Source of the DNA: Clostridia bacterium
GTDB lineage: Bacteria > Bacillota > Clostridia > UMGS1883
DNA length: 64,000 nucleotides
Assembly: GCA_051866635.1 (NCBI GenBank)
Contig: JBJDXJ010000014.1
Location: forward strand, 1-64,000
Direction of reading: 5' to 3'
The translations under genes and the position numbers were made by a program. This document shows positions 58,901-64,000 of the stretch, one piece after another; position 1 is the first letter of the stretch, and every line of letters starts with the position of its first letter. Under the pieces are notes generated by a model, which was not told the origin of the DNA, did no database searches, and saw only the letters and a program-made list of their open reading frames with translations.

Positions 58901-60080
58901 CGGAGAAATATTCCATACCTTCGTTATCGGGATCAAAGTCACCTAAATGCTGGGCATCGCCGTGGCCCTTTCCCGAACACCACAATACGCTTCCGTCATG
59001 GTCAAGTGTCAATGAACCGAAAAATATTTCATCACAACCGTCATTGTCCGCATCGCCTACAGAAAGGTTGTGGTTACCCTGACCTATGTAAATTTCGTTG
59101 CCCTCATCCATTGTGTCAAAACGCCACACCTTTGTAAGTGTTCCGTCCTTATATGTGTAAGAAGCAACAACTGTTCTACCGGGACCTTTGTTTGCTCTGC
59201 CGTGATAGTAACCACGCTGTGTAACAATATGGGGTGTTACACCGTCAAGAAATGCAACACATGCATTATATCTTTCACTTCTGTTGCCTGCATCGTCACC
59301 GAAAATAATTGTGTTGGGCTCGTTATTCTGTGGGTCGAAAGGCACTCTTGCAACTTCTTTACCTGTTGCACCCTCAAAAACACTTAAGAACAAAGGTCCG
59401 TCAATGTTCTTGCCGCACCAGTTGTTTGTGTAAACTGCATTAGGGTCACCGATAACTGTGCCTGTGCCGTCAACTGTGCCGTCACATGTACGAAGGGCAA
59501 GCTCAGCTTTGCCGTCACCGTCTAAGTCATATACAACCATCTGTGTGTCATGTGCCCCTGCACGGATATTTATGCCCATGTTAATACGCCACATAAATGT
59601 GCCGTCAAGTTTGTATGCGTCAATGTAAATACGGTCGGAATTGCCGCCTGTTGCCGCATCCTTGGAATCTGACGGGTCCCACTTTAAAACTATTTCATAT
59701 TCGCCGTCACCGTCCAAATCACCTATGGCACAGTCGTTAGGGCTGTATGTTACCCCCTCCACCGTAGGGGTGGGGATTGAAAGGGGTATTTCAAGATAAC
59801 CCTTTGCCCATACTGTAACAGTGTCCTTGCCTTCAAGGTTGTAAACTGAAATTTCGTTTCCCTCTGTGTCTGTGTAGTTTGTTTTGTCCGTTGTTAAAAT
59901 AAGACTTCCGTCACGGTAAAGGTTATATGTGCCTAAATCTGTCATCTGCCATGAAAGGTACACGCCGTCCTCTACCCCCACTGCAACTAAGCCGCCGGTA
60001 TCCTTTGCCATAGCAGTTATCCCAAAAAGGGAAAGTGTTAAAATTATCAACGAGGTTACTAATTTTTTCATAATTTCCAT
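55905..60080 (-). CDS. Multimodular rhamnogalacturonan lyase: PL11 + CAO-N + two CE12 domains
   Basis: YesW-like 'GDLDGDGEYEIVLKWDP', 'NIRAGAH', 'QGNH', 'HGDAQH', 'YNQPPH'; 'GRTMVPLRFISE'; two 'GDST..GW.Q..QFG.N..D..H' blocks. Confidence 0.9.
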   Translation of the reverse strand: MEIMKKLVTSLIILTLSLFGITAMAKDTGGLVAVGVEDGVYLSWQMTDLGTYNLYRDGSLILTTDKTNYTDTEGNEISVYNLEGKDTVTVWAKGYLEIPLSIPTPTVEGVTYSPNDCAIGDLDGDGEYEIVLKWDPSDSKDAATGGNSDRIYIDAYKLDGTFMWRINMGINIRAGAHDTQMVVYDLDGDGKAELALRTCDGTVDGTGTVIGDPNAVYTNNWCGKNIDGPLFLSVFEGATGKEVARVPFDPQNNEPNTIIFGDDAGNRSERYNACVAFLDGVTPHIVTQRGYYHGRANKGPGRTVVASYTYKDGTLTKVWRFDTMDEGNEIYIGQGNHNLSVGDADNDGCDEIFFGSLTLDHDGSVLWCSGKGHGDAQHLGDFDPDNEGMEYFSVHESAPYGYTIYDAATGDIIFDEPAGKDTGRGLISSPGPFRGSFIVNVGSGARRINSLGETVTDVDDCGQNFRIYWDGDLYDEYLNGTAITDVNTDGKGVVLLDTKNEGCASNNSTKSNPCLQADFLGDWREEVIWRTQDNSAIRIYTTTIPTEFSVPPLMTDHVYEMGIVWQNSSYNQPPHLSYYLESGVTLTIDSPKADINGVKLDLDAPAYIENGRTMVPLRFISEAFDAEIGYDRGVVEVNKNGIVIKMTIGETSYTVNNKEYFMDTAPKIVNDRTMVPVRVVVEALGMNVQWNENTKQVSITRGKARRDKVKIFIAGDSTAQSYRENMAPQAGWGQMLHMFFDDSVIIENRAMAGRSLKSFFNEGRWGGILNDAQEGDYVIIQFGHNEGSYNKPERYISHEDFTTMLENEYITPAIEKGLNVIIATQTQSRWFNEETGTIWEPGDEVSYASLLRDAAEKYNLPLIDINASSRALANSYGMEGSKKIYLHASAREYEKYPDGVSDNTHFSFHGAFKIASLMAEGLNSIDDLAVRKADGYSYVATVNGTQTFDVRMWGAEKCRVVLVGDTNVKINGETYLTWDMADELVGEVSCKDSITISSDGEVKVEITPVFTFAPTGGINTANGEYSISLPKGTYDFAFTKNDRERANIWLNGFLVGANVDMYGTVGVPDGTRHEFTNVKIEDTAKIKLTEKSFTLEKVEAYRTPTIINRKTKVFVGGDSTLCNYYPVLPDKTDDEIAPGTIRTGWAQVLDRYLSDEYEVVNLASSGDWANNWKNQAFPTVMENAEKGDYLIIQFGINDRNRDDKTKDTMYNALYEMVTKAQGKGINVILVKPQPSVGYSWGNAGDFEKPNGNNGGFFDVPYQVCEATGCTFVDLNNMVGDHFAQMGREYVSQNYQLWDYNTSTMSDKLHISFDGANKCAELFAAYVNEKGILKSRDYMKVTSIVSDVYVFENGTDTVIYNNSPIKKEVYVGSNLVTVAPFSKITKYGVLNG

Positions 60081-60086
60081 CCTTTC

Positions 60087-61322
60087 TTAACTCTCTTTGT
60101 ATGCTTCTCCGCCCCAGTAACGGGTGTTGTTATATAACCTCTTGGGCTGGGGAAGTGTTTTATTTTCTGTTTTTGTAATGTCAATATCATTTGATGAATA
60201 AATAACCGCTTCATCATTTGAATATACAATAAGCTGGTCTGTGCCACTATCTACCAAATCACCCCAGGCAACATATCCGTCAAAGGGGAAGTTAAATACT
60301 GTGTTTAAATATCCGTCATATACAGCGTTGGGTAGTTTTCCTCGTCTATATGCCAAAATGTGGTCCGTGTGCTTGCCGTCAAGGTTATTTATAACTGTGC
60401 AAACACTGCTCCAACCGGGGACTGTACGCTTTTCCTTAAAAAGACATTCCCCGGTGGAGGAAACAATGAAAATTCCGTCAAGCCCCGGATCAGAACGGTC
60501 TATACGGTCAAGACCGCAAATCTCAAGCCCCGGAAGTTCAGGGCGAAGGTTACCTATTGCAACATTCTGGCTTTCAACGGTGTCCGTAAAACGCCACAAA
60601 AGCTCGCCGCTGTTTGAATATGCGGTAAAATCATCACCGCCTACCACAACCTCCATCTTTCCGTCACTGTTTATATCCCCCACCCAGATACAGTCCGCAT
60701 GGTCTTTCATATCAATGCTCCAAAGGGTTTCCCCCTTAAAGTTTAAAACGTCATAGCCTAAAATAACCTCGTCACGTCCGTCTCCGTCCAAATCATAACA
60801 CCAAGGGTAGTGACCTGTGTTGCCTTCGTGTTCCCACATAACTTCAAAATTTTTGTCAAGTGCCCATGCCTTGTGGTAACGGTTTTTTACTATTATGTTT
60901 TGTGCATAACCGTTTCCTTCTAAATCGCATATCATAATGCAGTCGTGTGCATGGGGATCGGGAAGGGGATGCTTTGAAATAAGTGACCCGTCCTTTCCGT
61001 TAAATATGCAAAGGTTATCCTCCATTGCACAGATGATTTCAAGCTGACCGTCACGGTTTATGTCATAAACCTGACAGGGTATGTCCGCACCTGAAGGCTC
61101 CGCCTCGGGGTCTATACTTCCGATTTGCCAAAGCACATTTCCTTCAAGGTCAAAGGCTGTTGCCGCCTGTACACTGTGGGGATAGTATCTGTCGTCAAAA
61201 TGAGAATCAGGCTGTACCATAATAATTTCCATTCTGCCGTCATTATTAATATCCCCAAGCCACATACGGCAGAACTTCCCTGACTTGGTTAAGTCTAATC
61301 TTGTTATTTCCTTCAGCGTCAT
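60087..61322 (-). CDS. PL11-like beta-propeller protein with FG-GAP/Ca-binding loops, no signal peptide
   Basis: Repeated 'D.D/N.DG..E.' loops; 'GNTGH', 'DHAD'. Confidence 0.7.
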   Translation of the reverse strand: MTLKEITRLDLTKSGKFCRMWLGDINNDGRMEIIMVQPDSHFDDRYYPHSVQAATAFDLEGNVLWQIGSIDPEAEPSGADIPCQVYDINRDGQLEIICAMEDNLCIFNGKDGSLISKHPLPDPHAHDCIMICDLEGNGYAQNIIVKNRYHKAWALDKNFEVMWEHEGNTGHYPWCYDLDGDGRDEVILGYDVLNFKGETLWSIDMKDHADCIWVGDINSDGKMEVVVGGDDFTAYSNSGELLWRFTDTVESQNVAIGNLRPELPGLEICGLDRIDRSDPGLDGIFIVSSTGECLFKEKRTVPGWSSVCTVINNLDGKHTDHILAYRRGKLPNAVYDGYLNTVFNFPFDGYVAWGDLVDSGTDQLIVYSNDEAVIYSSNDIDITKTENKTLPQPKRLYNNTRYWGGEAYKES

Positions 61323-62968
61323 ATTACCACCTCATAAATTGAAAGTAAAACTATGCCTGTTCCGTGTGTATCGTTTACACGGGGCAATAAATCATATTTA
61401 TAATAATCATTGGAAAAGCTGAACTCACTGCCTCGGCAAACGCCGTAAATGTTGCCTTTGTCGTCAACGCAGCTTGTCACAATACTTTCCACTGCCTTTA
61501 TGGCAGAATTTTTATACTCCTCACCTAAAAGCCCCGTGCGGTAGCCACGCATAAAGGCACAGGCAAACATTGCCGTGCAGCTTGTTTCAAGATAGGAGTC
61601 TTTATCGTCAATAACCTGATGCCATCTGCCCAATGGCGACTGATGGGAAAGATACCCTTTTGCAAGGGTTTTGAAAAATTCCTCCAAAAACTCTCTTTTG
61701 GGATGGCTTTTCGGAAGAAACGCCAAAAGCTCGGAAAGTGAAAATATAAACCAACCGTTGCCTCTGCCCCAAGGTACATTGGTGGGAAGATTGTGCCTTA
61801 GGTCGTAAACGTGGCTCATCAAATTTCTATCTTCCATATAAAGCCACTTTTTATACTGTATAAACTGATTTACGGCATCGTTAAGATATTTTTCTTCGCC
61901 TGTTATTTTGTATCGGCGAACTAAAAACGGCACACTCATGTACATATCATCAAGCCACATTGTTTCGTTGTGAAATGAGTGCAGTTGGTGTTGTCTGCAA
62001 AAGGAGCCGTCAGGGTTTCGCGGCTGGCGGTTTTCGATGTAATCTGCCACAAAGTCGCAGATTTTTTTACTGTCAAGGTTGTATAAAATGGTTGCTTCTT
62101 CAACTGCCGCACAAAAGGCACCGCAATCGTCCAAAGAATCAATACTCGTCAAAAGGTTATGCAAACTTGTTGCCCCTCCGTGAACTTCTTTGTCCCACAT
62201 TGCATAGTCAAAGGTGTCAAGAGTTCTTTGTATATGAGCTTTTGCATAATCTTCGATTTTTTTATCATTTAAAAGGGAGGCTGTACGCATTAAGCCATAC
62301 ATCACAACACCCAAGGGATAATTCCAACGCCCGAAATTTCCCTTGCCGTAGTAAGGACGTATGTACATATTATCTTTATCCAAAAGCCTTAAAGCTACGT
62401 TTTCGGGATTTAAAATATCTTTCTTTTCTTTATCGGACAAGTTTGACGGGTCCCAATGGTATTTTTCGGGAAGCCAAGGGTCTTCATTTAACCGGTAAAT
62501 ACAACCCTCTTGGTTGTAATCGTCGGGACGCATAAAAATATAGTCCCACTTGGCAAGGTGCGTGCCGAATTTACAGCCAAAGCCCAGCGGTGTTTTCTTA
62601 AACTTCAAACTTATTTCATTAACACCTTTTTTAACCTCTATTGTAAGGCGGTTGTCAATATGGTTGTTCCGCTCCGTGAAAATATCGGAAGAAAAAACCT
62701 CCCTATTATTTACGAAAAGCTTTGTTGTGCCGTAAAGGGTGATTGACATACCGATAGAGGAGTCACTCTCTGCTATGTACACGCATTTTAACTCTGCCTC
62801 ATCCCCAAAATTTGCATTTGGGAAAATTTTGTTCATATCGGCATTATATCGGTAGTCGGAACAACGCACGACACCATTTGAATAAAAGGGCAGGTACAAA
62901 AGCGGTTCCGGTGGATTTTCTGCCATGTATCTGTATGCAATTTTTTCAGCAATTTTCAATAAATTCAT
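61319..62968 (-). CDS. GH105 unsaturated rhamnogalacturonyl hydrolase with N-terminal extension
   Basis: 'WNYPLGV', 'LDDCG', 'MWLDDMYMSVPFL', 'WGRGNGW', 'ETSCTAMF'. Confidence 0.9.
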   Translation of the reverse strand: MNLLKIAEKIAYRYMAENPPEPLLYLPFYSNGVVRCSDYRYNADMNKIFPNANFGDEAELKCVYIAESDSSIGMSITLYGTTKLFVNNREVFSSDIFTERNNHIDNRLTIEVKKGVNEISLKFKKTPLGFGCKFGTHLAKWDYIFMRPDDYNQEGCIYRLNEDPWLPEKYHWDPSNLSDKEKKDILNPENVALRLLDKDNMYIRPYYGKGNFGRWNYPLGVVMYGLMRTASLLNDKKIEDYAKAHIQRTLDTFDYAMWDKEVHGGATSLHNLLTSIDSLDDCGAFCAAVEEATILYNLDSKKICDFVADYIENRQPRNPDGSFCRQHQLHSFHNETMWLDDMYMSVPFLVRRYKITGEEKYLNDAVNQFIQYKKWLYMEDRNLMSHVYDLRHNLPTNVPWGRGNGWFIFSLSELLAFLPKSHPKREFLEEFFKTLAKGYLSHQSPLGRWHQVIDDKDSYLETSCTAMFACAFMRGYRTGLLGEEYKNSAIKAVESIVTSCVDDKGNIYGVCRGSEFSFSNDYYKYDLLPRVNDTHGTGIVLLSIYEVVI

Positions 62969-63118
62969 TTTTTCACATCCTCAAGAGTATGATACCTTAA
63001 TAAAAATGGGATTTGTATATATTTTTGTTGCTAAAGTATTTAAAAATGTGATATATTCATTGACAAAACATTAGATTTTGCGATATCCTAAGTATAGATG
63101 AAAGGGTGAGAGCACAGA

Positions 63119-63904
63119 ATGCGTAAAACTGTTGTAAACAGGTTCAGAGAATTTAACGATTTCAACATAATTCAATACGGACATGAAGATTGTGCCCCGG
63201 GATATTCCATCGGTAATTTTGTGAGAAGTAATTATCTTATACATTATATACATAAGGGAAGCGGCGTGTACAAAGCAAACGGAAGGGAATACAGCCTTAA
63301 AGCAAACGATGCTTTTTTAATTCGGCCTGATGAAATTACATATTATGCCGCATCAAAGGAGGACCCGTGGGAATATAGCTGGGTTGAATTTTCAGGTGAC
63401 GGTATTTCAAAATTTTTGGAAGAAACTGATTTTTCCGATGATAACCTTGCCCTGTCAAATATCCCCGAGTGTGCAGAACATATCAAAAAACTGGTATCTG
63501 CCGATGTAACGAACCAATATCTTCTGGCAGGGTACTTGTATCAGTTTTTGTCGGTTTTTGTAAGCTATAAGCCAAATACAGGCTCAATGGCAGATGAATA
63601 TGTGAAAGCGGCTGTAAATTATATACACACCTTTTACTATCACACAAATATAAATGTGGAGCAAATCAGCAGCTTCATAGGCATTGACCGAAGCTATCTG
63701 TACAGGATTTTCAAAGAAAAGACAGGTGTTTCCCCTAAAAAATATATTATTGACTATAAGCTGAAAACGGCGGCGAAACTTTTAAGGGAAACAAGTCTTT
63801 CCGTAGGTCAGGTGGCACTGTCAGCAGGCTTTGATGACCAGCTTTATTTTTCAACCGTCTTTAAAAAGTGCTACGGATTGCCCCCCACAAAATACAGACA
63901 ATAG
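63119..63904 (+). CDS. AraC family transcriptional regulator
   Basis: Cupin N-terminus; 'RSYLYRIFK..G.SP..Y', 'VA..GF.D..YFS..FKK..G.PP..YR'; divergent from the GH105 cluster. Confidence 0.93.
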   Translation: MRKTVVNRFREFNDFNIIQYGHEDCAPGYSIGNFVRSNYLIHYIHKGSGVYKANGREYSLKANDAFLIRPDEITYYAASKEDPWEYSWVEFSGDGISKFLEETDFSDDNLALSNIPECAEHIKKLVSADVTNQYLLAGYLYQFLSVFVSYKPNTGSMADEYVKAAVNYIHTFYYHTNINVEQISSFIGIDRSYLYRIFKEKTGVSPKKYIIDYKLKTAAKLLRETSLSVGQVALSAGFDDQLYFSTVFKKCYGLPPTKYRQ

Positions 63905-63915
63905 GAGGAACGTAA

Positions 63916-64000
63916 ATGAAAAAGATTTTATCAGTAATTATTGTTGCGGCTATGGTTTTGTCAGCCATACCTGTTATGGCGGCAGAAAATATGCCCATCT
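63916..64000 (+). CDS. Secreted protein, 3' end outside window
   Basis: AGGAGG RBS, then MKKILSVIIVAAMVLSAIPVMA signal peptide. Confidence 0.7.
   Translation, partial: MKKILSVIIVAAMVLSAIPVMAAENMPI

Overview
AT-rich chromosomal window from a Firmicute, most likely a gut or rumen Clostridia-class pectin user (SLH/S-layer protein, SpoIVB-like and YtxC-like sporulation genes, walRK-yycHI, type II galT). Most of it is housekeeping or metabolic: azlCD, degV, holA, pyrE, tRNA-Pro(UGG), murJ, upp-proBA, galE, galT, tcdA, udp-deoD-deoB-cdd. A rhamnogalacturonan-I utilisation cluster (GH105, PL11-like, PL11-CAO-2xCE12, CE12, ricin protein, AraC) sits at the right end. I see no transposase, integrase, phage gene, rRNA or CRISPR array. 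The unexplained signal is mostly intergenic. There are at least four families of dispersed palindromic repeats (A: 3 copies; B: 2; C: 4 whole or partial; D, heptamer hairpins: 3), usually next to gene ends or terminators. Some bracket cargo genes: azlCD, an AAA_14/DUF4143 ATPase, and a DUF559 endonuclease enclosed by its own ~50-bp inverted repeats, which supply its RBS and stop codon. Other observations: an ORF-less promoter-to-terminator unit (candidate sRNA, ~53429-53532), WalR-type boxes, an apparent start-codon frameshift in the VTC-domain gene, and several unusual domain architectures. Product calls come from recognising motifs in the translations, not from database searches.
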